Assembly: GCF_020745735.1 (NCBI RefSeq)
Contig: NC_083402.1
Coordinates: 8,570,004-8,634,003 of the forward strand
Direction of reading: 5' to 3'
Source of the DNA: Hemiscyllium ocellatum
Taxonomy: Eukaryota
DNA: 64,000 nt
Positions 35,901-50,600 of the stretch are shown in pieces (position 1 is the stretch's first letter; each line of letters opens with the position of its first letter). The notes beneath the pieces were generated by a model, which was not told where the DNA came from, made no database searches, and saw only the letters and a list, made by a program, of their open reading frames with translations. The translations under genes were made by a program, and so were the position numbers.

Positions 35901-38900
35901 ACGTATGGCACCCAAAAGTGAAAATACTCTAGCAGAGTCTAACTCATGTGCTTTTAGAAGTTCAGCCTTACCTTCCTGCCTTTGTTCATTATGCCCCTAT
36001 TAATAAAACATAGTATATTCTTCCAGTTCTCCTGTCTCCTTTAATGAAAGTATGCATACATACGTTCAGATTTTATCTGCTTCTGTGCATCCTTCTCCTA
36101 TTGTACACTTTAGTTTGTATTGTCGCTCCATGTTCATTTACCAAAATGTATTGCCTCATACGTCTTTGCATTGTACCTAAGTTTCCAACTATCAGCCCAC
36201 TCCGCCAATTTGTTATAGTCCTTTTAAAGTTCTATACTATTCTCTTCACTAGTTAGAATTAATCCAAGCTTTGTTGTGTCTGTAAAATTTGAAATTATCC
36301 CCTGTATACAAAAGTCTAAAACATTTACACATATTTGCTAAGTCAAGAGTCCCAACACTGCCCCTTGAAACTCTACCACAAACCAACCTCCAGCCCAGAA
36401 ATATCCATTCCCATTATCCTATCCCTCATCCAATAATACCTCCTTGCTTCTCTTATTTGCTTTCTCACCTCCCTTTTGAAACATCTATATTCTGTTTGAA
36501 TCTCAACTCTATTTTCTACTTGACACCTATCATAAGAACACTATTTTTCCTTATCTTAATTTCTGTCCCTATTTACATCCAGATGATTTCTCTACCTTTC
36601 ATTTTTGAGGGTATGTACCTTGACTGTATCCGAACTCTTTCTTACAATGGCCCACTGTTTAATTCGAGATTTTCTCACCAACCTTTGGCTCTAGTCTACT
36701 TGACCCAGCTCTGTTCTTACCCCATTGAAGTTGGCTCTCCTCCAGTTAATTATTTCTACACTGGACAGTTCAATGCTTTTGTCCCCCTATGTGTCAATAT
36801 TCTTTCAATTCTCTCTGTTAGTACCTGAGTGGATATTGATCTATCATTACCTGGTGTTTTCGGCTGAGGGGTTTGATCACTCCCAGGAGTGCTGGATAAA
36901 CCCTGTTCTTTCCTGAAGAATATACAAGGAACAGAAATGTGTCACTTCTTGTATTATTGTTCAGTAACACAGTTAATAATCTGGATTCTAAACTTGAAAA
37001 TTTTACGAGAAAATTTCATACAGGTTTATTCAATAGCAACTTGCAGTGACAAATAATTATATACGCATCAGGACTCTAGCTTCTGCTAACTGCACATGGC
37101 AGTTGGTCAAGTGGTTTCATCCTGGCCATTGGCTTATTAGCATATCTAGCTCTTCAAGCATCACAGCACTTAAACCCATACCACTGGACAGCTGGGGGGC
37201 AAGCTAGCAGCTCACCAACACCTTTTCGGGGTAATTAGGGATGGGCAAAAAAATGCTAGTCAGTCAGCGATATCTGTGTCCCATGAGAGAATAGAAACTA
37301 AAGCACAACAACTCTTTTTATACCAAGTTGGAACTGTGTACACAAGTGTACAAAAAGTGAAAATACATTTGGGTTGCTGAAAAACTATTTACACAGAAAC
37401 AAGAAATGAAAAATTTAAGAGCTCGGTAATGTAAAATTCTATGTATCCTAATGATGGTTTGATAATGCCAACACATCTTGTGCTGGTGTCACGTTCCTGA
37501 ATGTGTAGTTTTGTTACAATTTTATGTTGTTAACATGTTGTTTGTCGTCCTAATGGAAGATGCAGGAGCAGAAGTAGGACATTTGACCAAATGAGTCTGC
37601 TCTACCATTCAGTGAAATCATGGCTGATCTCATAATTGCCCACTTGCTTCCTGCTTTATTCTCATTATCCTTGATTACCTTACTGAGTAAGAGTCTGTCC
37701 ATCTCAGCCTTGAATTTATTTAGTGACACAGACTTGATAGCCGTCTGCTGTAAATAGTTCCACAGGTTCATTAACTTCTGACAGAAGAAATTTCTCCTAA
37801 TCTCTGTCTTGAATTTGCAACCCCTTCTTTTGTCGTTATGCTTTCTGGTCCTAATTGCATAGAAAGCTTATTTTTGAGTTTTGCGCGGTTCCCCAAGTTG
37901 GATTCTGTTTCTCCTTAATGGTGTTCCAATTAGATGTTGTAGATTCTGAGTATTTAGGGTCACAGGCTACATTTAACATCGCTGCAAGTAAACATGTTCC
38001 CTGTGTCAGATGTAGGACTCCAACCTTCTTCCTACATGTAGATTAGGCAGTTTAGCACATGCACATAGGTCATGCAAGATGTTCATTTTCACTTGTTGTT
38101 CAAGACTTTTTCTAATATTTGTGAGAAATCAGAGGCACATGCTAGTTTGATAAGGCAATTTTAACTTGCCTTCCAAATATAGCTTTAACATCATTGGCAG
38201 AGATCATGTCCAGAAGGGTAGCCATTTTGTTTCCAGATGTGCAGCAGCCACCAACGTCATATCTCTGTGCTTTTGCCAGAAGTTGTTGTGTAGATAGTGC
38301 TCTTGTTAGTGGTCTATGCCAAAAATTCCAATATTTATGATTGGTTTCAAAAGTGAATAGATTCCTCATTAAGTACATATATCATCTTGTAATACTGATG
38401 CTGGAATCACTGGATTTTGGTCACAATAGGTTTGTGGATCCAAATGCAATTGGTTTACCATCCTGCATGATACATGCAGCATTTGAGATGCATTGACTTC
38501 CAGAATTTCTTCTTCCATGTATAATATATGTAATATATACACACATATATATATATATATATATACACACACAGGCAGGAATACCATCAGCACACTTAAA
38601 TAAGCATTTTATATATATGTATGTGTACTTTTTATATATAATGCTTATTTAAGTGTGCTGATGGTACTCCTGCCATATATATGATGTGCCTTTCCTTAAA
38701 ATTCTCTTAACCACGATGCTTTCTCAGGATAGTTTGATACTTATGGTGCTAGGAAATTAAAATGGAGACATCTCTGACTGTTCTTTACCTTGGGAGTACT
38801 TATGTGTCGTTGTTCATATTTGACCTTGTCAATTTGGGATGGACCCCATAATCTGAACAGATGGTGCCAAGAAAAATTGATCTGTCTGACATTCTCTGGC

Positions 38901-41900
38901 CACTTTTAGTTGCTGAAGGAAAATCCTTCACCTTGGGTTGCTGCCATTGGGGAGAATTAGAATTAGGATTGGACTTTATTGTCTCATGTACTCAAGGGTA
39001 GGAAACAGGAGTACAGAGAAAAATTTACAAGTCACCATTCTCGGCCACCACTTTGGTTTCATACTCAATTACAGAACGGGAATTTTTAAAAGTAGCAGAA
39101 ATAAAGGAAACAAATCTAAAGGGAGTGAAACATATCCAGAGGTTAGTGTCTTATTTAAATCTTTTTAAGACTTAAGTAGATTTTGGTCATGCTGTTCTTT
39201 CATTTTTCTCATCAAAGCAAAGTCATTGACAATATGCAAACATCCAGAATATTTTCATTAACTCTATCAGTGTGCTGCTGGAACAGAACCCAACTGACAA
39301 ACTTAAAGGTAATTTCTGGAAGCAATATTCTCTAAATGGTACAATAAAACAAAGGATTGCAGATGCTGGAAATCTTAAATAGAAATAGAAATTTCTGGAG
39401 GTACTCAGCAGGTCTGACAGAACCTTTGTAAAGAAAGCAAAGTTAACATTTTGGGTTTAGTGATTCTTCTTCAGCTTGTGTTTTGATCATCAAAATGGCG
39501 TTCTGAAAATAGTGATTTCCTGAGATACCAAACAGACTGACCAATATTTCTGTTCGGCATCTGGCTTGAGAAGAACTTAGTACTTGGCAATATTAGTTCT
39601 GATCTTCAAATGTTGGAATTTTGTGCAGCATCTCTTGAGGGAAAGTTTTCAATGTCTTCTGTCCAAACATACCCTGATCGTGAAATCTTTCTCTAGCACA
39701 TGTGCAATATAAGTGCACCAGCCTGTGTGCTGACAAACACAATGATAACATCATTGTGTTCTATGTTGTCAAATGTACTCTTAATCTTCTCATGTATGTA
39801 AATGCTACATGTTCTGGGAGAGTCGATTAATATAATTGTATCTTCTCTGAGATGCAATACAGCTTTGCTTTCAAAGATTGCTATGGCACAAACTCTGTCT
39901 GGATACAATTGTTGTAAGTTGCAGATTGACTCATAGAACATAGAATATAGAATAGGACAGCACGATACAGGTCCTTCTGTCCACGATGTTGTACCGAGCA
40001 TTTATCTTAATCTAAGGTCAACCTAACTCACACGCCCCTTAATTTACTGCCATCCATGTGCCTATCCAAGTGTCACTTAAATGTCCCTAATGTTTCTGAC
40101 TCTACCACCACCACTGGCAGTGCATTCCACATATCCACCACTCTCTGTGTAAAGAACCTATCTCTGAAATCTCCCTTATACCTTCCTCCAATCACCTTAA
40201 CATTATGACCCCTCATGACATTTTTGCCCTGGGGAAAAGTCTCTGGTTATCTCCTCTATCTACGCCTCTCATTATCTTGTACACCTCTATCAAGTCACCT
40301 CTCTTCCTGCTTCTCTCCAGTGTGAAAAGCCCTAGCTCACTCAACCTCTCTTCCTAAGACAAGCCCTCCAATCCAGACAGCATCCTGGTAAGTCTCCTCT
40401 GCACCCTCTCTAAAGCATCCAGATCCTTCCTACAATGAGGTGACCAGAACAGTACACAATATTCCAAGTATGGTCTAACAAGGGTTTTATTGAGCTGCAG
40501 CAAAACCTTGCAGCTATTAAACTCAATCTCACTGTTAATGAAAGCCAAAACATCATATGCCCTCTTAACAACTCTTATCAACTTGGGTGGCAACTTTGAG
40601 GGATTTATATATGTGCACTCCAACATTCTGCTGTTCTTCACCCTGCCAAAACTCCTGTCTTTAACCCTGTATTCAGTATTCAAATCCAACCTTTCAAAAT
40701 GCATCACTTCGCATTTATCCAGGTTAAACTCCACCTGCCACTTCTCAGCCCAGCTCTCTTGGTATCTACAACACCATCAACCTTTGTGTCATCAGCAAAC
40801 CTACTAGCCCACCCTTCTACATCTTCGTCCAAGTCATTTATAAAAACTACGAAGAGCAGAGGCCCAAGGACAAATCTCTGCAGGCCCCCTTGGTCACCGA
40901 CTTCCAGGTGAAATACTTTCCATCCACTACCACTCGCTGTCTTCTTTCGGTGAGCCAATTCTATATCCAGATAGCCAAATTTCCCTGTATCCCATACTTC
41001 CTAACTTTCTGAATGTGTCTACCGTGGGGAACCATGTCAAATGCCTTACTGAAATTCATATTCACCACATCCACTGTTCAACCTTCATCATCTTGTCACA
41101 TCCTCAAAGAACTCAATAAGGCTTGTGAGACATGACCTGCCCTTACAAAGGCATGCTGATGATTTATAATCAAACTACATTTTTGCAAATAGTCATAAAT
41201 CCTGTCTCTCAGAATCCTTTCTAATACCTTGCTTATCACTTACCAATCTCTGGTCTACAATTCTCAGAGATTTCCCTATTCTCTTTCTTGGGCGGCACGG
41301 TGGCACAGTGGTTAGCACTACTGTCTCACATCGCCTGAGACCCGGGTTCAATTCCCTACTCAGGCGACTGACAGTGTGGAGTTTGCACATTCTCCCCGTG
41401 TCTGCGTGGGTTTCCTCCGGGTGCTCCGGTTTCCTCCCACAGTCCAAAGATGTGCGGGTCAGGTGAATTGGCCATGCTAAATTGCCCGTAGTGTTAGGTA
41501 AGGGTAAATGTAGGAGTATGGGTGGGTTGCGCTTCGGCGGGTCGGTGTGGACTTGTTGGGCCGAAGGGCCTGTTTCCACACTGTAAGTAATCTAATCTAA
41601 TCTAATCTGAATAGAGGAACAACATTTGCCTCTCTCTAATAATCTGGTACCACTCCTGTGGAGAGTGAGGATGCAAAGATCATTGTCTATTAACCTGGTC
41701 CACAGTGTTCTCACTATCAACAAGGTTCCTCTCTTGAGTGAATAGTGAAGCAAAATACTCATTTAGAGCCTCCCCTATCTCTTCAGACTCCAGGCACAAA
41801 CTCCCTCCACTACTCCTGATTGGCCCTATCCTCTCTCTGATCATTCTCTTATTCCTCACGTAGGTGTAGAATGCCTTTGGGTTTTCCTTAAAGCTTCCAA

Positions 41901-44578
41901 CCAAGGCTTTTTCGTGCCCCCTTCTAGCTCTCCTCAGTCCATTTTTGAGTTCTTCGCTAGCTACCCTGTAATCCTATCAAGCTGTGCTAGATCCTTATTT
42001 CCTCAACCTTACGTAAGCTTCCTTCTTCCTCTTGATGAGAAGCTCCTCTTCTATTGTCATCCAAGGCTCCTTCACCTTACCATTCCTTGCCTGTCTCAAT
42101 GGGACAAAGTTATCCAACACTCGCAACAAGTCTCCTTAAACAGCCTCCACATTTCTGTTGTGGGAACAATTTCAATCAGCAGATGTTGGGAATCTGGAAT
42201 GCAGTGCCTGGAAAGGTAGTAGAGAGTGAAAATCTTACAGCCTTTAAAATTGTCCCCACTCTGTACTCCCCAGCTCCTGTCTAATAGTAGTATCAGACTA
42301 AAGGCAAGGATTCTCAGTCTCTTCAGCTGTAGTTTTTCTTCTTATTGATTGGATAGTTACAGATATTTTATGTTATCTTTGTGAGCTCATAACCTTCAGA
42401 TCCCTGGGGAATATATTCTATCCCAGACAGCTAAGCCCACATCTGATGAACGAACAAAAAGAATTGATTCATCCAGTCATCTGACAATCCAGGTGCAGAG
42501 CCCTCAACATTCTGGGAGGTACATTAGCTGGATAAATGTAGCTCCAACATATACTTCGATCTTGAGCATTTGCTGCCCAATTTATTTTTGAGTGGAGGGT
42601 GTCTATTTGTTCATACACTTTAAATGTTGATTTCCTTCACATAATGCGTCATACTTATGATGTGTAAGGCCTGCTTCCCATCTTCTTGAAGATTCTTGAA
42701 TATGGAATATTCACTCTGGTCAGTCTTACTACTAACCTCAATAACATGCTGACTTTAATGCATTTCTCTGGTGTACTCCCTGTTGCTGCTAGCAGTGGAT
42801 GTCACTCATTGGCGAAGCTGCTGGTGAGCCCTGATGGTGATGATGATGATAGATTCATACAGTGCAGAAAAGGCCCTCCAGCCCAACAAGTCTGCACCAA
42901 TATAACTACCACTAAAGGCGCACTCATCCCAATTTCCTGCACTATGCCATATCCTTCAACATGATGATATTTGAAGTGCTCATCCAAATATATTTTAAAG
43001 GCTCTCTACTACCTTTCCAGGCACTGCATTCCAGATTCCCAGCATCTGCTGATGGGAAAAAAAGTTTTTTTCCCCAAATCTCCTCTGAATCTCCTGGCAT
43101 TATGCCAAAACTATGCCTTTTTGTAATCGACACCTCAACCAAGGGGAACAGCTGCTCTCCATTCACCCTGTCCACGTCCTTCATAATCTTATACACCTTA
43201 ATCATGTCTTCCCTGAAGAAAACAATCGAAGCCTGTCTAGTATCCCCTTATAGCTCAGTTTCTCCATCCCAGGCAACATCCTGGTGAACCTCCTCTGTAT
43301 GCTCTACAGTGTTGTCACATCCGTCCTGTGGTCAGGCAACTAGAATTGCACACAATACTCCAATTGTAGCTGATCAACACTCTGTGCAACTCCAAGATTC
43401 TCTTTGCTCTTATACTTTATGCTCCAGCTGGTGAACGTAAGTGTTCCATATGCCTCCCTCACTGTCCTATCCATGTGCTCTGCCAACTTCAGGGATCCAT
43501 GAATAATTACCACCTAACCCAGGAAAAAAAGACTATATGCATTCATCCTATCCATGCCCCTCATGATTTGATACACTTCAATCGGGTCACCCCTCATTCT
43601 CCTGTGTTCCAAGGAATAAAGTCCTACCTTGGCCAACCTCTCCCTATAACTCAGGCCTACTAGTCCTGGCAACATCCTCATAAACCTTCTCTGCACTCTT
43701 TCCAGTTTAACTATGTCTTTCCTAAAACAGGGTGACCAAACCTGGACACAATTCTCCAACTGTGGCCTCACCAATGACTTATACAACTATAACATAACAT
43801 CCCAACTCCTATACACAATGCCTCAACTGATAAAGTAGTCATGATTTGGAGATGCCGGTGTTGGACTGGGGTGCACAAAGTTAAAAATCACACAACACCA
43901 GATTATAGTCCAACAGGTGTAATTGGAAGCACTAGCTTTCGGAGCGCCGCTCCTTCATCAGGTGGTTGTGGAGAGCACAATTGTCAGACAGAATTTACAG
44001 CAAAAGATTTACAGTGTGATGTAACTGAAATTATACATTGAATAATACCTTAATTGTTTGTTGAAGCTTTCATCTGTTAGAATACTATGATAGTTTCACT
44101 TCTTTCATGTGTAAATCACAAAATCGCAAGGATGCCCTGAAACATGGTACATTTGGGAAACCGAGCAAAGGCTACCGCAACGGATGAATGGGCACCGCAC
44201 AACAATCAACAGACAGGAGGTGTTCCCCTCCCAGTTGGGGAACGCTTCAGTGGTCCAGGACATTCAGCCTCGGACCTTCGGGTAACCATCCTCCAAGGCG
44301 GACTTCGGGACAGGTAGCAGAGAAAAGGTGGCCGAGCTGAAGCCAATAGCTAAGTTCCGTACCCATAGGGAGGGCCTCAACCAGGACCTTGCGTTCATGT
44401 CACATTACAGGTGACCACCATTGCACTATACACACACACAGATACTCCTACACACACACAGACACACATGTACACAGACACACACACACACCCTTACACA
44501 TGCATCTTCTCAGAGACTTAGACCACTCTACACTCACATATACACTCTCTCTCAAAGACACTCACAACTCCCAACCCA

Positions 44579-44649
<71 letters not shown>

Positions 44650-47600
44650 GGAGTGAATTTGGACTTGCAGAGTTATATTGTACTTTGCTCAAAAACTGCA
44701 TGAATTAATGTAAAAATCGGTTATCTTACTTTTTAGTTTATAATCAGTCTAAACATTATGGCAAAGACAGAGAACCCATGGAGCTAACACCTTCAACACA
44801 TAGTCTAGCTTACACCCATTGTTACAGTTAATCGGAGAATGCAACTTTCTAAAAAAAAAGATTTTGTGATTTACACATGAAAGAAGTGAAACTATCATAG
44901 TATTCTAACAGATGAAAGCCTCAACAAACAATTAAGGTATTATTCAATGTAGAACTTCAGTTACATCAGGCTGCAAACTTTTGCTATAAATTCTGTGCCT
45001 TACAATTGTGTCCTCCACAACCACCTCATGAATGAGCGGCACTCCAAAAGCTAGTGCTTCCAATTAAACCTGTTGGACTATAACCTGGTGTTGTGTGATT
45101 TTCAACTGATAAAGGCTAGCACATTAAATGCCTGCTTCGCCAACCTGCTAAAATCCATATAAACGGCATCAACTGAACTTCCCTCACCCACACACTTTAT
45201 CACATTTTCAAAAAATTCTAACAAATTTGTTAGGCATGACCTCCCTCTGACAAGCAATACTAACTCTCCCTAATTAACCCGTGCTTTTCAAAGCGGTATT
45301 AACTCGCTCCTTCAGAATTTTCTTCAATAGTTTCCCTACCATGTGATACTCATTGGTCTGTAATTTCCTGGTTCATCTCTACCACCCTTCTCAAAATGTG
45401 GAACCACATTAGCTGCCCTCCAACTCTGACATTTTCACTATAGCCAGGGAGGAATTAAATATTTGTGTCAGATCCCTGCAATTGCCTGTCTCATCTCCCA
45501 CAGCAGCTTGGGATGCAATTCATCTGGGCCAAGGGACTTGTCTGGTTTTAAGCCTGACAGAGCCTGCAAAACTCCCTGCTTCCCATGTCAAACTGTGCAA
45601 GTTCCTCACAGTCCTTCTTCCTGAATTCTATCCTTATGTTTTCCTTTTCCAGAATGAAGAGAAGCATTCACTCAATACCCTGCCAATGTTCTGCAGCCTC
45701 ACAGGCTGGTCCCTACACCTTCCCTGGTGAACCTCTTTCCTTTAATGTATCAATCCTTATCACAGGTCCTTCCTTATGCCCCCTTTTTGCTCTTCAAATT
45801 GCTTTCTTTCAGCGATGAAGTGGATTGCGAGCCCAGATGGTGGTCAGCGGTGAGAGACTCAGCACAGCATGGGGTAGCATGTGCCGTGGTGGGAGTGCAG
45901 AACCAGTGCGGGCGAAGAGTGAGCCCTCAATGGGGAAGGCCAACGCAGAACAATAGGCCCTTAACTATAGAAGAACTGTAATGTTGAATTTTGTTTTATT
46001 TTGTAACTGGGTACCCTGGTACCTGATGTAGTGCCAGGAATGGCAACGGTTTACACTTTTCACTGTACCCTGTACCCATGTGCACGTGATAATGAACCGA
46101 ATTCTAATTCTGCTGTCACGTGGTCAAATCTTTGGGACCAGGTTTCTCGTTTAGACAAGACCAGTATCTTTTTGCACTACATGATTTACAGGACCATTTA
46201 GCACCGAGTACAATAGGCCATGCCTCTCACAGAGCTTGCATGTTTTCTGTATGTTGGCTATTGCACAAATAACAGTATTCACACCTAATATTTGCAGATG
46301 GTGTTGTTCAGCTACAATAGTTTAATCTTCAGTCATCTTTAAGCAATGTATCAAAGTTGTGACATTTTGTCTTTTTCAGAGAGGTCTTTTTCAAAACCTT
46401 AGATGGACTTTGAAGCGATACCAGCTCCATTATCTACATAGATGGCTCAGCCTCTGAATCACAGGTTTTTCCCTTAACTCAGCATTTCCTAACAAACTAA
46501 CCTACTGACTGTTCTCACTATTATCTGGAGGACATTGCCTCTCGATGGTAAATTCCAAAGTTTACTGTTGAAGAATGATGATTTTTTTTCTGCCATTTCC
46601 CATTGCTTAGCAGGATCTCTCTGATTTTCTTGAGAAATCACTGAATTGTTGATCCTGATGAAACACTTCACTTCCAACTGACTACGCTTATTTCCATGCT
46701 TGCATATATGAACATATGAATTCAGAACTGGCCATGCTCTGTTGATCTGACTGCAACCTCAAATCCATGTTCCCACCTATCCCTGACAATCTTTCAACCC
46801 CTTGGATAACTTATGTGATTCTGCAACCTTTAAATTAAGAAAAGCATGATTCATATTTTGATTAAAGAACCTAAATTTGGCCAAGACATCTGCAGCTTTC
46901 CAACTCATGGTGGGGAATTTAATACTCATCTTTTTGATGTTCCATGTTTTGCAAATGCTATCACTATCCAGGGAATTAGAGTAGAATTACTTCTTAAGAT
47001 TACTCTGTCCGCAGATGTACGAGTGCAGCTGCTGTAGTTACTTTGTTTTTGAATTCTTCCCAGTGTTATTTTCAAATATAGCTTGATTTATTTTTTATTA
47101 CAAATCAAGTATTCACACTTGCTATAACTTTTTCTCTGGAGTCCTGCCATAGATATAACTTCTGCACTGCTTCAAGTCTTCTCTGAGACCCTTTTCAGAA
47201 GTTTCCAATTTTCATTTTATATTTTAAAGAAATTCCCCATGGTGCTGATCACCTTGTTGTATTTCTTGTGTTATGTTGTAAGTGACGCAGACATAACATG
47301 GAGTCAGTTTACTTAAATGAACCTGAATGAGACTTTCTAACAATGCAGACTATAATTTGCAGTTACAGACAACTATACACGCAGACTCTAGCTTGCTTCT
47401 GCTGTTTGTAGTATTTGGTCTTCCTTGTCCTTGACTTGTTAGTATATTCACACTTAAAACAAACAGCTCTTTCAGTAATAACACAAAATATCAAGAGAAA
47501 TAGTCAGAGGAAGTTAAGGCATAATCCCATGTCATAGGAAGGTGCATTCAATTTACACACCTTTTCAGATGATACAGATAACAGATTCCAAAGGGTGATA

Positions 47601-50600
47601 AACATAGGTAATCCATTGAACCACAAAAATACCAAAGATGCTTGATTTGGACACAATTAGAAATGTCACCCTTGAATAAATTATCATGAGAAATAGTTTT
47701 GCCTTGGCATCAGAACATGGCTGGCACCCATGGAACCCAAGGTGTGGTCAGCAGCTGTAACACAGGGAGGGCTGTGCAGACACAGTCAGGAATCACAGTG
47801 ACAGATCATTCCAGGTAGGTCTGGGTCAGCTTTGAGCAACAAGGTGGTGGGTCCACTGCTTTTTGTCATTTATATAAATGATTTGGATATGAGGGAAAGT
47901 TAATAAGTTTGCAGATGACACCAAAATTGGAGATGTAGTGGACAGCAAAGAAGGTTACCTCAGATTACAACAGGATCTTGATCAGATGGGCCAATGTACC
48001 GAGAAGTGGCAGATGGAGTTTCATTTAGATAAATGTGAGGTGCTGTATTTTGGGAAAACAAATCTTAGCAGGGCTTGTACACTTCATGGTAAAGTCCAGA
48101 GGAGTGTTGCTGAACAAAGAGACCTTGGAGTGCAGGTTCATAGTTTGATGAAAGTGAAGCTGCAGGTAGATAGGATAGTGAAAAAGGTGTTTGGTATGCT
48201 TTCCTTTATTGGTCAGAGAATTTTGTACAGGAGTTGGGAGGTTATGTTGCAGCTGTACAGGACATTGGTTAGGCCACTTTTTGAATATGGCATTCAACTC
48301 TGGTGTCCTTCTTATTGGAAGGATGTTGTGAAACTTGAAAGGGTTCAGAAAAGATTGTTGCCAGGGTTGGAAGATTTGAGCTATAGGGAGAAGTTGAACA
48401 GGCTAGGGCTATTTTCCCTGGAGCGCCAGAGGCTGAGGTTTATAAACTTTATAGAGGCTTATAAAATAATGAGGAGCATGGATAGAGTAAATAGGCAAAA
48501 TCTTTTCCCTGGGGTCAGCGAGTCCAGAACTAGAGGGCATAGGTTTAGAGTGAGAGGGGTAAGATATAAAAGAGACCTAAGGGGCAACTTTTTCACGGAG
48601 AGGATGGTATGTGTATGGAATGAGCTGTCAGAAGTAGTGGTGGAGGCTAGTACAATTACAACATTTAAAAGGCATCTGGATGGGTACATGAATAGGAAGG
48701 GTTTGGAGAGATATGGGCCGGGTGCTGGCAGGTGGGACTAGATTGGGTTGGGATATCAGGTTGGCATGGATGGGTTGGACCGAAGGATCTGTTTCCATGC
48801 TGTACATCTCTATGACTCTAGTCACAGGGCAGGGAGGGAGGGTGTTGGAGGTGAGGGGAAAGTTCCTGCAGGGGCTTCCCATTTGCTGTAACTTTGGAGG
48901 ATGTTACAGGGCATGGAAATCTTGGAAAGTGGGGGATGATCAGGAAATCACATTCCCACCCAATGGAAATTCAGCTGCTTGGAGAGCAAGGGAGAAAATA
49001 GGATTCACAAATACAAATATTTCCATTTTATACTCAGCACTGCAAATGAAAACATTTCAATCTTTCCCTCCGTAAAGAATTCATTGCAACTCGAAGTGTC
49101 CAAAAGATAACAAAAATGATCAATGATTTCAATGTTACATGAGGGTGAATTGCCTGTTAATTTGGGGAAGGGAGATCACAAGTCAAGTTTTGCACAGAAA
49201 TGGTTATCCTATCATTTATTTCTCAGTCAAACCACGTTAGCAGATCATCAACAACAGGCTGCACTCTGTGAGCAAGAGATGTTTGATTCAACCCTGAACC
49301 ACAGCATTTTTACCACCACGTGTATCAATCGCCAATTTTCCTACCTTTTTGAAGATCTGGTGTACTCAATTAGCAGCGAACATACTGAAGAGATAAAAAT
49401 GATTAGTAAATATTTAGTTAATTTTCGGCCAAATGCGCTAAACTGCCATCATCGATGATATCAACCATCACCTTTATTAATATAAACTACCTACATCCAA
49501 ATATCACCAAGGTTTATATGATACTAAACCCTTTTAATCAAAATTAAAAATCACACACCAAGTTATAGTCCAACAGGTTTATTTGGAAAAACTAGCTTTT
49601 GAAACACTGCTCCTTCATTAGGTAGTTCACCCCATCCCTGGCTTCTCCACATTGTGTCTACCTTTTAATCAAGAGGATCTAAATAGCCAAATCTAAAATC
49701 AATTATTGACCAAGTTAGATAAGCAAAAACAGGAATCCAATTTAAACTGTAACAAAGAAAAACTGCCAGAAGCATTGTTCTGTCAGTTTCCCCGTCTTTT
49801 CTCTTTTCCATTTCACCGCATCTCCCCCCACCCCTCCCCCACCTCATTTCCCCTCAATAATGCATTCCAGAAGCTGAGGAAGTAAAGAGAAAAAGCGTGT
49901 ATTAAAGACCTGTCCAATAGTGATGGCAAAGAAAGCACAGGCATTTTTCTGGTTATTTTGGATCTGATAATAATTAGACCTGTAATGTAACAGAAAATAA
50001 GAAAAGCAGAAGGATCTGAAGAAGCCTATACAGAAAGGATAAACATATCCTGAGAGAAAACAAGCAAACTGATGAAGTTGTGTGAGGAAAAGGAGCTTAG
50101 GACAGGTCAGAGGTGGTGGCACAGAGGCATACAGACAGGATGCATCTGCCCTGGGAGTCCTCAACATTGATTCCAAACAATATGAAGCCTCAAGACTTCA
50201 GTTCAAATACTGTAAGGAAACTTTTTCATTATTACCACACAGCATCCTCTATCAGCTGATTATCAGTGAGTGGCAGGGATGCAGAATGTATTCTGGGTGG
50301 GGAACTTCAAAGTCCATCTGCTTGATTGGCTCAGCAGCATCATTACTGATTGTGCTGGTCAAATCCGAAAGGACACAGCTGCTAGGGTTGGGTCTGCTGC
50401 AGGTGGTGAAGGAACAATGAGAGGGAAGGACATACTTGAACTCATTTTCACTAAATTGCCTGCCACAAATACATATGTCCATGACAGCATTAAAAGGTGC
50501 AATCACCACACAATCACCATACAGACAAAGTCCCATGTTCACATTCAGGATAATCTACATCATACATTTCAAACAGATCGATCAACTCAAGACTGAGCAT

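Larger units (their letters stand above)
43836..45101 (+). mobile_element. TSD-bounded Penelope-like insertion (family B): inverted pLTR, GIY-YIG C-terminus, (CA)n, pLTR
   Basis: 13-bp TSD TCAACTGATAAAG (43823-43835, 45102-45114); ~245-bp inverted repeat 43880-44125 vs 44860-45107; [26 protein letters not shown] at 44126-44412. Confidence 0.9.
42850..45760 (-). mobile_element. CR1 fragments (42850-43835, 45102-45760) interrupted by a PLE
   Basis: [25 protein letters not shown]; the sequence resumes after the PLE at the duplicated TCAACTGATAAAG. Confidence 0.8.

Noticed and set aside
38789-38852. 64-nt exon-like segment ([21 protein letters not shown])
   Set aside because: Phase 2 to 0 would put exon 36851-36912 into a frame with a stop; at most a poison or minor exon.
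44389-44708. His/Thr-repeat ORFs
   Set aside because: They are translations of the (CA)n tract in the PLE UTR.
49910-49979. Alternative first cytoplasmic exon ([24 protein letters not shown], phase 1 to 2)
   Set aside because: Strong acceptor but weak donor (GTCTTT); 49345-49384 has better signals for the same phase change. A mutually exclusive role is not excluded.
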